From contig NC_068995.1 of the NCBI RefSeq assembly GCF_001194135.2, forward strand, positions 38,033,426 to 38,097,425: a stretch of DNA of 64,000 bases, given 5' to 3'. This document shows positions 51,150-64,000 of this stretch, in pieces; the stretch's first letter is position 1, and the number at the start of each line of letters is the position of its first letter. This DNA comes from Octopus bimaculoides (taxonomy: Eukaryota). The position numbers and the translations under genes are program-made. The notes beneath the pieces are model-generated. The model was not told the origin of the DNA. It did no database searches and saw nothing but the letters and a program-made list of their open reading frames with translations.

Positions 51150-54100
51150 CTACATATTTTTAGACAAAAGTTAAATGTATTGAACTCACTACATGCGTGC
51201 CCTTCCTCAACACTAAGTAAAAGAGGGTTAAGTAATTCCTACAACATCCAGGAAATTTCTCATATCCAGCACTCCAACTAACCAATACTGCTCACCTGAA
51301 GCAAATGACTACTCTTTATTTAATCTCTGAAGTTCACAAATAATTTGATGGTTTCTACTGCCTTGAAAAGTGCGCTTCCCTTTCATTTTGGCAATATAAG
51401 TAATTTAAATTTATATTAGCTTATTCCTTTGAATAAGTTAACAAAATTACATTTTCGTACTTTCAATTTTCTTGGCTTTCGGTTGATATGTTTAATAATG
51501 TTTTAGGCAGATAAAAAAAAAGCCAGTGCAAATGTTCAACTTCCTGTTTGATGATATATTCTGTAAATTGTAAGCAACTGCATAGTTCCAAGAGAGGGAG
51601 AGAGAGAAAAAGAGAATCAGAGTTGGTTAATTCGAAATGCATCATCACGAAACGTGCAGAAGTATATAAACCACGAAAGGGATATGTTAGAAACTTATTA
51701 CTTCATCCTCCTTAAATGTATTTATATGATTGACTGTTGTGTGAGTGTTATAAAATACAACGGTTCTAGCTTTGTTTTCGTTCTCTTTTCGTCCGCTTAA
51801 ATTACCTTCAGAGAAATATTTTTTTGCGTACATTTTATTCAAGTGATGCATGAATTCATTGCAGGATACCGTTCCATCGTGAATTGATCGATAGAACGTT
51901 GGTGCACATGTCAGCTATCATATTTTAACTATGCTAATTATGATGTATGAAGCTGCTACTTCTTCACTGTGGATTTTATTTTATGGTTTAAGAGCCGCAT
52001 AGTTTCTAGATGAGATATATGAGATATAATTTTCAAATTAAATAATATCCTGCTACAAAAATTCTCTTAACCGATGAGAAAATTTTACACGCGATTAAAC
52101 GTTGATTCTAGAACCCGTAAGGTAATATATGCTCTCTGAAATTTCACTTTTACAGTTTCTTCTGTACATGTTTTAGCTTTCTGCTTTAATAAATCATATA
52201 AACACACGAGAAATTCATAATCATACAATTACTTTCTATTTTGCAGTTAGATTTTTTTCTGAATATATCTACGTATGTATCCCTCTAACGGAAATTCTTG
52301 TGAATATTTGCCATTATAACCTCCATATCTAGCAATTCTCTTGCCTGTAATAGTACAATGCATTACCTTATCAAATGCATTATGACTTCTGACTAATTTC
52401 TCAAACCCTGTAACTTTTCTGGTTATATCCGTTCCACATTATATGATTATCCAAAAAAAATTGTTGCCTGTTGAGTTATGTAATCATGTTTTGATATTTG
52501 CGAAAACAGCCAAGGAAACAAATAGAATTGATATTTGCTTAATTCTACAGAGCTTCATCACGCATTTTGATATTCCTTGCCTGACACGGTCATATGTGAG
52601 ACAATTTTACCCGCTTAACATGCTATCATTTCTCTTGTAGAAAAAAAAACGAAAAATCGTGCCGACTATTTAAGAATTTTTAAAAATAGTATTATATATA
52701 CAATGTACCTCCCTTCTTTGTTTTTTTTCATGGTAACATAAATTTCTATATTGATGATATGTATTTCATTGCAGTTTCCTTATCATACATTTAGAGACAC
52801 GTGATAAAGTTAAATTTCAGTAAACCATTATCTTTCGATTAGAATCAATTGTTATGTCATCCAATTAAAGTGAACTGTTTTACATATTCAGTTAAACATT
52901 TTTGTTGGTGCATTGCAGAATAAACTTCATAAACTTTTCTACTTTTTAAAGTCAAAACTAAATAACATTGGTTTATACGACCCTGGTCAGTAATATGTGG
53001 TAATTATATGACATACACAATTATGTAGTCTATTCTCCATTGTTAGATTCATAAAATAAGTTTTTGAAAAGGATGTTCATATACAACATCAATGAAATAT
53101 AAAAGATATTGCAGTTAGCAAAAAATTTACAAAATATACGAGAATTAAATTCCACTTATGTAAAATACACATCATAAACTTGTTAAACATTGCATAAAGT
53201 TGAATGAACCATAAATCCAATTAAAATATAAATACATGCCGCAGAACAGTGTTTTAAAGAAGGCAAAAATTGTGTTCAATAGTATATAACATATACTATT
53301 AAATAAAATAAGTAAGATATATTGTATAAAAACATGCGGCGATACAGTCATTAAGACATGAAAGTAACAAGTCAAAGAGCCAGATATTTCTTTATTAAAT
53401 ACTCTCTCAATTTTCGAAACTCATTGGCTTTTGGTATCATAATATTTTAACCGAGTAGAATGTAATTCAACAAAATCTTTTGGCTTTTAAAATATATGAA
53501 TAAATTTGGGCAGAAGAAATTGGATTAGTTCAATTAATAACACGTTTGAAAGTTAATTGTTTCCGATTAACAATGTGACAACACATCGGATCATTGCATC
53601 AAATATCACAAAGATGTGAACATCTCAAAAAGGAAAATAGTTGCGTTATTGAATATGTGGTAACAGAAATTAAATAGACAACAAAATACTCGCATATATT
53701 CACACACGAAAAAATCTGATCTTAAATGAGAAAAACAAAACACAGAAAAGAAATAATAATAATTTGAAGAAGCAATCTACATTAGGATAATAAACTATGT
53801 TTAACTGTAGACAGCTTAGAAGAGTACGCAATATAGATAAAGTATTTATCAACAGAGTGAAATCTATTTATGATGTACTGCAGCGTAGCACATGCGGTAG
53901 AAAATTAAATTACGAATTAAACGTAGCTTTACTCTATTTTCAAATATGTCCCCGACCATCGAATTATATTTCCTTTTCCAAGTAATCTGCGCGCATGCTA
54001 TTTTGATAAGCCATAATAATGGAAAAATATCATTGAGAGATAAACATTATTCATTTTATAGAAGAAACGCGAAAAACCTGAGATAACAGTATAGAGAAAA

Positions 54101-54249
54101 GAGTAAAAACCGGTAAACGAAAAACGAGAAACAAAACCACAAACACTAAAATCTAAAAAGTAAAAGGTAAAAAAGTAAAAAACTTATCTTCCTTAGACCT
54201 TAAATGATAAGGCTGGAAAGATATCAAGTTAGTCAGGAATAAGTGGAAT

Positions 54250-55400
54250 TTTCATTTCTTCAATCTATATTTATAAATATGCTTGCAATCACTGAAACTT
54301 TCTGATCTAGAGTTCAGTAGAGAGTTACGCATCTTAGATCTGAATAGGAGCTGCGCTCTTTCAGCTAAACAAAACCTACATTTATTCAATCTATGCACAT
54401 AAGGTATAGATTTCTCAATTAATTTCCATTTAATCACGTGTGGTGTTTTGTTATCTTTCAAAGACCATGCGTAACTAAAGAAATTAGTAGCTTTGCATTG
54501 GTCCATATGCCGGAAGTGGGTATGTAATTGGCATAGCGATTTTTAAATTCACTTTCACATATTTAAGTATAGGTCTTCTCATCAGTTATGTTATGATTTA
54601 GCGTTGAAGTAACTTCTGCCTCATATATGATAGATTTAATCTTATATCGTTGGTCAAATGGTTGGTATGCTGGGTCGCGACAGTTGCAACTGGATTTAGG
54701 CTCTTGGTATTGACCACGTGTAATGATACTCTTCAAATTGGGCAGGAGCTATATGATAATTTTACAGAATGCCTATTAAATATTTTCCTGTATCTTTGAG
54801 TTGCTGGAAAATGTTTGTGTAGGTGAGACAGGAATTTCTTACTTATGTTAGTTTTTATATTAAGGGAAAAGGGAGAGTCGAACCTAATAATTTTCCGTGG
54901 CCTACTTTTAGGCTTCTGATTCTTACTTTGATGAATACTAGAGGGGTTATGTACTACTTTAACTTTTATGCCATTAAATCTATTATTAATATTTTGATTA
55001 TTATTAGAGAGATTATATATTAGTTTATCTTCGAAGCTACTATTGGCTAGGGCGTTGTTATAATAGAGGAAGCTTCTCGAAAATGTCTTTAAAAGAAGAG
55101 AGGTTAGGCACTATGTTGCTGTTACCAGGTTTTTAAATATCACAGGAAGATGACAAGGCTGTTTATGTATATATGCGAGTTTCTCATTAGGCTTATGGAA
55201 AGGTTTACCCGAAGAGGGGTTTGGATCTAGGAAAACATCTAAATGATCAACTGTAGAGCGATTAGTAGCTACTGTAATTTTAAGCTTGAATTGATTAAAG
55301 GTAGAAATAAGTTACTTTCTAAATAAATTCAAGGTGTGACCATCACACCCATGGGCAATACTCAAACCGTCGTCACGTTATAGGACATCGTCATGAGATG
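54250..55400 (-). mobile_element. Penelope-like element, RT plus GIY-YIG pseudogene
   Basis: L*RDDGL (YRDDG), DHLDVFLD, KPFHKPNEKLAYIHK; C-terminal WKLIEKSIPY..CRFCLAE..LLNSRSESFSDCKH. Confidence 0.88.
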
Positions 55401-57254
55401 GGTATTTACACCTCAATATGTTTAATATAGATAAACCGACAAGATCACAGACGCCAGTACTATCATATGACCACATGATGCATCAAATAGTTCGTCACCA
55501 TGCGAATGTTTTACCCATGCTAAACCTATGCTGAACAATAGTGTTGTCCTCGCATGCCTGCAGAATTGTTAATAAATACAATTTTGTAAACGTTTCGCGC
55601 AAGCAACATTATATGTCATAACATCTATAATTCATGTAATTCAGAAATTTACCATGTCTGCCGACCGATTATTGATTTGAATTGTTTGGCCTCACAAAAT
55701 AAATTTCCTGTGCAATTACTTTTATACATGATTACCAACATTTGCGTATCTAAACAACAAATCGAGATCTTGCTTAAGTCAAAGTGAAGAAAATTTGCAA
55801 GTGAGCGACCTCTTCCTTAAAAATGATGACAGGAAATGCTGGAATACGGAGAAACAGTGGCTTCAATATTTTAAACTTTTTATTACACATCATTTTGTTA
55901 TAAATAATTCAGAATTTCTCTTGCAATGCAACTTTTTTCTCCACCTTAAATTTTTTGAGCGTTTGTGCTAATGGATCGTTCTAGATAACTGAATTCTCGG
56001 TATTGCATTCACAGATTCGGGTACACCAAAGAGTATCATGCTACTTAAGGTTCTATCTTGAACAATTAAATGTTTACGACTACAGAAGAAAATAAAGGGC
56101 GGCGAGACCATCACAGAAAACCGACATATTCGTTGGAAGCACTGGGCTTAACGGTCCTTGAAGATCTGGTCGACTCACAAAATAGGGAAGGCAAGAGGGG
56201 AATATATGACTGACACTGATGTGTCAGACAGACATGAGGTTACCCAGTTCGGATGAGTAGCGGCCAGACTAATAGTGGTATGAAATACAGAGATTTGACC
56301 CTGCGCTGAAGTGTTTATCATTTGAGCTTATAAACATAACATTTATGCAAGAATTTAGAAAGTCTTCCGTATTCCAATTAAAATAATTAAACTAAAATAT
56401 ATCAGCAAAATTGAGAAGCCTTTCTAAAGCTCTTTGATGGTCTTTTCCTGAAGGGTAGCTAACATAACTATACGGAAGCAAACAAAACGAAAATTAAAGT
56501 TAGCGTTCAACGAAAAAGGTGAAAATGTATTTAGAACTGCTTTCGGAATTAAATCAGAAGTTAATAGAAGCCATTTGTTTGCAATGATACTCTTCTAACG
56601 AAATAATTTTGAAGATGCTTCGTTCAGATGATATTCCCTGGAGATAGTTCGCAGTAATGAAACACAAATGCACAAACAAAAAAAAAAAAACAATAACAAG
56701 TCATAGCGGTATTAATCGACGATAGAATATAATCTAAAACGAAAACGTTTTATTCTTAGATTTAGACTGGCGTAATAACTATGAATTCCTGTTGCAAACA
56801 ACACAAATATCAATTGTTAATCATTTAACAAACTAATTTTCAAGTTGATATTTCTATGTTACATTTGAAAGAACGATAACGGAAAACTGTTTGAATTGTA
56901 AATATATCTGTAGAAATAGTCATAATAAGCATGATAAGTCTAATGTTATACAATTCAACCCATCACTTAAAATGTTAAACAAAGTAGCTAATTGTAAAGT
57001 AACATCAACTACATCACAACCTAACAGCAATCTCGACAGTTGACAATAATTGATGATGTGTTTAAAGCAAGTATTCTACGACAGAAATTCATGGGCAAGA
57101 GGAAAATGACATAATTACTCACAATTCCATCCTTACGTGCAAATTCTCCACCTTCTAAGTCTTGTTGTTATAGTTTAGTGGCAACATTTTAGCGTGCAAC
57201 TATTTAATATTACGTTACAATTCAGGCCTTTTATCATTTCAAGATCGTTTAAAC

Positions 57255-57342
57255 AAATTACCAATCGAGCACTGGGGTCAATATAATCTACATTCCCACT
57301 CCCTGCAATTGCTGACCTTGTGCCAAACTTTTAAACCAATAT
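57255..57342 (+). mobile_element. SINE family 1, 3' fragment
   Basis: gagcactggggtcaatataatc..gctgaccttgtgccaaacttttaaaccaat. Confidence 0.7.
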
Positions 57343-57344
57343 TA

Positions 57345-58150
57345 CAAGGTGTGTTCATTAAAAATTTCTCATGTCCTACTTCCGGTTATTGCAGGAAATG
57401 AAACTTGTACAGGTATAATCATACATGTGTCTACATGTCATTTTTAAATTGCAGCTTTCCACTTGTATCCATTTAACATTTACGTTTGTTATGATGGAGG
57501 CAGTTGAATGCAGATCAGTAATTAGGTTCTTATACTTGAAAAGTCGTACACCAAAACAGACTTTCGACGAGGTGAAATAAGCTTATTTTGACAATGCACT
57601 ATCATAAGACGGAGTCAAACACTGGCATTTCCTGTCCAAATGTGGTCGGATATCGATGGTAACTGCTCCTATTTCAGGACAAACATATTCCGCTATTGAT
57701 GACGACACAGTCCATAAAATGAAAGCCGCAATTTTGGAGGATCACCGAATAACTATTCGCCGACCAGACCAAGAAGTTTAAATAAGTGTAGGGTCCATGG
57801 AAAAAAAAAATCATTCACGACCATTTGTACAAAGCGGAAGTTGTCTACATGATGGATTCCCCGGATGTTCAGAATATTTCATAAGCCGGAACGAGTCAAT
57901 TGCTCCAAGGCTCTTTTGTCAATATGCCACGAAATCTAGGAGGACTTTGTCGGCAGACTTATCACACAGGATGAAACATGGGTCTATCACTATAATCCTG
58001 AAACCAAAGCCCAGTCGAAGCAATAGAAACTAAAGTCCAGTTGCATCAATAGAAGGAGCGTGTCCAACCCTCAGCAGGTATGGTGATTCTCAGAGTCTTT
58101 TGGGACCAGCACGGAATAGTGAGGATGGATTTTCTGGCAAAGGGCACTAT
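57345..58150 (+). mobile_element. Mariner A: 5' TIR and 5' half of transposase pseudogene
   Basis: TA-caaggtgtgttca TIR; MEAVECRSVIRFLYLK, WIPRM, LITQDETWVYHYNPETKAQS, FWDQHGIV. Confidence 0.88.
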
Positions 58151-58259
58151 ATTTAATTTCTGCTTCTCTGCTGGAGATCTGTTAAAGGAAGGCTGCCTAT
58201 CTTACTCCACAGAAAACCTCTAGATGTCAATGTTTCAGACTGGTCATTTCGTGGTCACA

Positions 58260-59166
58260 GATTAACCCCGGTCAGCATGGCCAACTTCCACGACCACAGA
58301 GGACAAAGCCGAAACTGTATACGTCATGATTCTCGAGGAGAACAGGATTTCATCTAAAATCATAGCTGAGACTGTGGATTTCTTGCGAAAGAGTTGGCCA
58401 TGTTATACACAACATTCGGAACATGAGGAAGCTTCCAGCAAAATGGGTGCTAATATGCCAAAATTCAGATCAGTTTGTGACGACATAAATGGTGATCTTA
58501 GAGCGGTTTACTGAGGGAAATGCTGATTTTATGACTAATTTAGTCACCATGGATGAAACTTGGCTTGATCATCATGATACCTAGACGAAGCAGCAATAAA
58601 AAAATGGCATCACAGCGTTTCAACGCATTCTGAGATGTTTCGAACCTAGAGGTAAGCTGGAAAGATTCTGGTTTTAGTACTGTGGAACAAAATGGAATAT
58701 TCCTTATAAAATACCTGCGAATACGTTGCACCACCAAACGCAGAATGCTATATACCTATATTGGACGAATTGCATGAAATTGAAGCAAAAACACCGTGTA
58801 AACCTGAGCCGAGTTGTCCTGTCTCTGCAGGACAATCCACCAGCACTGGCAGCACAGTATTTTCGACGGAAAATACGCAACTTTTGCTTCCAATTGGAAG
58901 ACCACATACTTTACAATGCTGACTTAACCCACTCCAACTACCACATCTTTCCACAGCTGAGGAAACATCTCAAAGGAAGGAAATTTCACTCTGATTTGGA
59001 AGTGATCGCTGCTACAAAGCCCAGGGTGGAGGCCCAACATCCTGAGTTCTTTTTGACAAGGTTTAGAAACTGAATGAGAAGGGAATATGTTTAATTAAAA
59101 TATAATTCACTGATCCTCCAGTATTTTCTGTTACCAAAGCGAGGAACGTTTCTGCACATACTCGTA
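58260..59166 (+). mobile_element. Mariner B: 3' two-thirds of a different mariner pseudogene with 3' TIR
   Basis: MILEENRISSKIIAET, RKLPAKWV, VTMDETWL, LQDNPPA, ADLTHSNYHIFPQLRKHLKGRKF; ends gaggaacgtttctgcacatactcgTA. Confidence 0.88.
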
Positions 59167-60477
59167 TGATATAATACAATCGCTAATTCATGAATATTAT
59201 TGGTCACAAATTTAATTCTCAGCCCATTTGAACCTATTATATTCAATTGCATCTGTGCTATATAATCCCCAAGCTGACTATGACCGTAAAAAAAATGTCT
59301 TCATTCACTCACTTCTGATTAAAATTTGAACGTTCCTTATCGTGTATACACTCTGTAACCAAAACTCCAATAGAATACTGTTTCGAAGAGCTAAAAACGA
59401 AAATATTAGTTAATTGGTAGTCATTAACAATTACTTGACACATTCAATGTAGTTCCTCAACTATCAATTCGCTCTGCATGAGCACATACGAGGATGGAAA
59501 ATGTCGGTGAAGAGCTCAGAAATTGATATTTAGCTTGATCTCCATAACTGGATTTCCCACCACACACTTTTAGAGATATGAGGAATACATCTTTTGTTTC
59601 AAAGTTTACCGCCCTTTTGATCTAAATTCTTTGCTTCACTTTTCTAAGCTGCAATTCTTTCTGCCACTTGCTGCGTAATTGCATTTCTTATCCTTCTGTT
59701 CTCCTTCTCCATTCTTCCACATAGTATCATATTTATGCATACAAAGACAATCCATACACTTAAAACCATTTCGATATACACACTAACACATACTATCTTC
59801 GGCCAAACTGCACCACATATTAGCATTCTGTTATACATTTATAGACTTTTTATCTTTTAATATCTTCGCTTTTTCACACATACACAGACACAAACAACGG
59901 CATGTATACATACAAATGCATATTCACTTTTTGCAAATAAACACGCATTCATGAGAACCATAAATCCATTTTAACATAAAGGATCCTCCACCCTTTGGCG
60001 CTTTACAAGCTTCACAGCACACACATACACACACACTGGCATGCAGGTAAACACATACCTACATACACCACCACACTCAAATTCACTCTTTTACACCTTA
60101 GTAGTCTTTGAAGAAGTTATTTGGTTGGAATATATAAATCGATTATTAATTTACTCCAATTTAAACTTTCATTCCTCCTTGTCCGCTACAGAATTTTTTA
60201 CCTGCTAGCAAACAAAGACCCCACCCCCACCACACACACAAGAACACACACGTGCGTTCTTTCCGATTACACTGTGGAATATATATATATTTTTTTGTTT
60301 CAGTGTTTGGTCATTAAGTGGTATTTCATATTAGCTTCTATCTAGATATCGAACGAAAGAACTTCTATTCGCTTCAAACTTTGCTTTTGTGACCTCAACG
60401 TTTTGAAATTGACATATTTTCCATTGTGTTATTGACAAATTCAGCACAGAATTGCTGAGGCAGAAATATCATGATAG

Positions 60478-60640
60478 CAAATATCCTGTTCAGTACCAGA
60501 GATTTGCTTGTCAGATACTTGACCATATCCACTTGAGCTTGTTCCTTAGTGGCTGACATTATGTGCATCTCTGATCATGAGCAGATATAATGGTGGAGAA
60601 TTATAGCGATGTGTAGAGGGGATTTCTTTGGGGTTTGAGT
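60478..60640 (+). mobile_element. Interspersed repeat family A, internal fragment
   Basis: cagcaaat-like start, gatttgcttgtcag..ttagtggctgacattatgtgcatctctgatcatgagcag. Confidence 0.8.
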
Positions 60641-61357
60641 AAATGTAACAAAAGCAAAGTTTGAAGGAAATATTAGCTACTTTTTATACTTTCATGCCCT
60701 TTCTAAACTTTTGTCTTGGGTTTACTATATTCCCTGTCATTTTTCCCGCTCCTCGACTATTTCACAATGTCTCGAATATTTTACGCTGTTTTCGACTTTT
60801 TTTTTTATCAAAGAAACCGATTTCACATAATCTTTCCCTTACCTTCCACTTTGATTTGTAGCTGTATACCTGAAATTAAGTTTTCCAATTGCAATTATTA
60901 TTTATGCATTTGAGCACTCTCATATAACACCTTTCTCTTTACTCTCGCCATATCGTGTGCAACGGCAATATATTCATATACAAGCCTTCACACAACTCAC
61001 CTAACCACTCCAAATAACACCAGAAACCCGTCCAAAACGTACAGGTTTATAAGCACGCATTCACTAAAATAACACGTATGCACAACCTACTATACCACAT
61101 GCTATGTCTGCTTCAAGACTGAGGCACTTTCTGATACAAGCATCTGAGCGTTTATGCCTTCCTGTCTTTTTAGCTCTCCCCACAGAATAGCATTCCCATC
61201 TAGTTTATCATTCTATGCCTTCCCTTTATATCTTCCCTCTTATTTTTTATATTCGTGACAGATCGCAATCCTAGACAATAACGTTAATTGCTAAATATAG
61301 TCCGTAAACTGAAATCCTACTCCCTTACTTTGAACCTAAGTTATTTACTCTTTTACA

Positions 61358-61757
61358 CTTTTACTTGTTTCAGTCATTTGACTGTGGCCATGCTGGAGCA
61401 CCGCCTTTTTTAGCCAATCAAATCGACCCCAGGACTTATTCTTTATAAGCCTAGTACTTATTCTATCAGTCCCTTTTGCCGAACCGCTAAGTTACAGGGA
61501 CGTAAACACACCAGCATCGGTTGTCAAGCGATGTTGTGGGGACAAGCACATACATACAAACATATACACAGACATGCATATATATGCATACATACGAAGG
61601 GCTTCTTTCACTTTCCGCCTACCAAATCCACTCACAAGTCTTTGGTCGACTCGAGGCTATAGTAGAAGACACTTCCCCGAGGTGCCACGCAGTGGGACTG
61701 AACCCGGAACCATGCGGTTCGTAAGCAGGTTATTTACCACACAGCTACTCCTACGCC
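61358..61757 (-). mobile_element. SINE family 2, complete copy (head, CA/TA spacer, 3' half)
   Basis: Reverse complement joins the 5' half seen at 10279/29618 to the 3' half seen at 22620/43149. Confidence 0.88.
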
Positions 61758-63411
61758 TTAATGTAAATCTCTTACTCTTAATGTAAATCTTTAAACCATC
61801 AATAATTATTTACCACAAGTTCCTGCTGTAATTCTAAACTTTCAGCCTCTCATCCAGTGCGTAAATTCAATTTTCACACTAAATTAGACATAACACTTAT
61901 TCTAGTCCTAACCCAACTCTTACCATACGCATGTTTACATGTCTACAGAGATATATTATTCACTACATATTAATGGATATTGCTACGAAATTATTCTAAC
62001 TGTCTATTATTTCTTTTCTTACTTTTGTTTTAGATCATAAAGATTAACATCCCTATTACACACATTTAAAAGGGAATTTGGAGAATATGTTGTGGATATT
62101 TTCATTCTTTAACATTATTGAAGTATTTTGGAAATTCGTATGGAGTCTTTATGTGAATACATGCTAATTTTCAAGTCAATCGATTACTGTCGTGTATAGA
62201 ATGTACATAAAAAAGTGATATTGAATTATTCTATACTCGTATATTTAGATTCCTACTCGAAAATTATCTTGTCCAAACTAAGTGACAGTGGAAGATATCT
62301 GCCCAAAATAACTTCGCCATTAAGTTATTGGCACACGTGACAACAGTTTGATTTTATGGCATCTTAGAATTTCATCAGCAGGTATAACCATCCGATTCTA
62401 GTGAGCATCTTTTGATAACTCAAGAGTTATACAGCCTGTCAAACATTTCTGTTGTTTCATATCTTCTAGAATTCTACTCGGAACCTCCAATGCCATATTA
62501 TTGAGCCAATCTATTTCATTTTGCTTGCATCTTTTAGAAAACACCCTTAATCATGAGTGTGTAAACTATAAAGACAGGTTGAATGCAAAATAATCTGAGC
62601 ATCCTCTGTGTAACATTGTAGGTGCCGTACCAAATGAGGTTACTACTGCAAGCTATTATATTTTGATTAACGAATTAAGATATTCTTTTCCAGTCCTTCA
62701 GGAGATTCTAAGATTAGAAGCCTCAAATCTGTTGAGAGTTTCGATTAGACGTCAAGATGCAGTTCTCTGATTATGAATTGAAAACATGGCTTTGTTCTCC
62801 TTTATAAATGTAGTTAAGCAGTTGAAGTGACAAGATGATTCGAAAGTTACTTACAGTTTTGATACTGAATTGAGAATTTGCTAGAAAATTAAAGCTTACT
62901 TAATGATAATGACATGGACCACGGTATAATTTATCTTTTTAAGGTACACGAAATAAGATGAATAGGTTAGTATTTAATGAAATACCAGTACTAAAAGAAA
63001 GTTATTTTTCTTTGTTTTGCTTTATTTAAAAAGAACCCAACAAAATAGACAAAAGAGTAATTGCTTCACTTAAATATACTTTTATGAAATTTTAATTAAA
63101 TTGCTCATGAGAATTTACCACATTACTTTCCATTCCTTAGAATACAGCAAGGAATAATTTTATTTCCCTCCTCTCTGTTACAGTCTTTACGTTACAGCCA
63201 TTTATCCACAGTTTCATAATAAAATGCTAAACAAAAAACAAAATAAATAGCATCATTAATTGTTTTAAAATAACTGGTTATTATGAAGGTATGCTTAAAT
63301 TTAAAAACACGAACACTGGAATTCTTAAGGCAAAACTCACTTTTATGTGTGTGTGTGTGTGTGCGTGTGTGTGCGTGTGTGTGTGTGTATGTGTGTGTGA
63401 GCGTGTGTGTG

Positions 63412-63449
<38 letters not shown>

Positions 63450-63579
63450 TGTGTGTGTGTGTTGGATAATATTTTATATTTTACTTGTTTTAGTCATTAC
63501 ATTATGGCCATGCTGAAATCAATACCAGCTTACCCAATGTGAAATCTATACAAGCTTCACTTCAGAATGAAACTTCCCC

Positions 63580-64000
63580 AATACTAAATAGGAAGTATAC
63601 ATAGTAGATATCATACCTCCATACCCACAGTAAACAAGGTAGAATAGAATAGTTAGTGGGCTGTTATGTAGATAGATGTATGTATGTGTGTGTAGGTGTA
63701 TGTATATATGCACGTCTATGTAAGAATATGGATATGAAAATGTACAGACGGATATGTACATAGGTTAGGTACATAGGATAGGTACATAGACAAGCACACA
63801 TACGCAAATGGAGACTGAAACACATGACCATATATACACACGTACACTTTACTTCACACAAAAACACATAGAGACACATGTCCACACATATGAAGATGCT
63901 CATCCATACATAAAAACACGTACACAGTTGCAAAACACCCCACACACAAACACACACACACACACACAAGGAGACAGAGGTGCATACATAAACAAACACA
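63580..64000. repeat. Second copy of the segment at 450-858 (runs off the window end)
   Basis: Shared strings such as agttagtgggctgttatgtagat, gacaagcacacatacgcaaatgg and actgaaacacatgaccatatatacac. Confidence 0.85.

Noticed and set aside
56210-56227. Perfect 7-bp hairpin ctgacac-tgat-gtgtcag in a GC-richer patch
   Set aside because: Expected by chance in 64 kb; no supporting context

Overview
AT-rich, gap-ridden eukaryotic draft sequence (15 N-runs, each <800 nt). It is almost certainly octopus, judged from the receptor gene and the repeat families. One intact protein-coding gene is supported: a single-coding-exon, 397-aa Cys-loop (pentameric ligand-gated) ion channel at 14337-15530 (+). 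It keeps the nAChR fold and a cation-type M2 but lacks the acetylcholine-binding residues, which is the signature of the cephalopod chemotactile receptor (CR, 'taste-by-touch') family. Compared with CRT1 as I recall it, it appears to have a more charged ligand pocket. The rest of the window is mostly decayed mobile DNA and microsatellites: seven Tc1/mariner-superfamily remnants (mariner, rosa/maT-like, pogo-like), five Penelope-like coding remnants, R4/Dong LINE pieces in (TAA)n arrays, an L1/Tx1-like LINE, four SINE families and a Helentron-type element. Secondary observations are a near-canonical minimal type-I hammerhead ribozyme motif (1642-1686), an in-frame uORF just upstream of the receptor start, a cleanly inverted paralogous segment shared by the two window ends, and phase-compatible candidate exons of an unrecognised minus-strand gene near 51 kb. 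All family assignments come from reading motifs by eye; no searches were run, and repeat boundaries are approximate.
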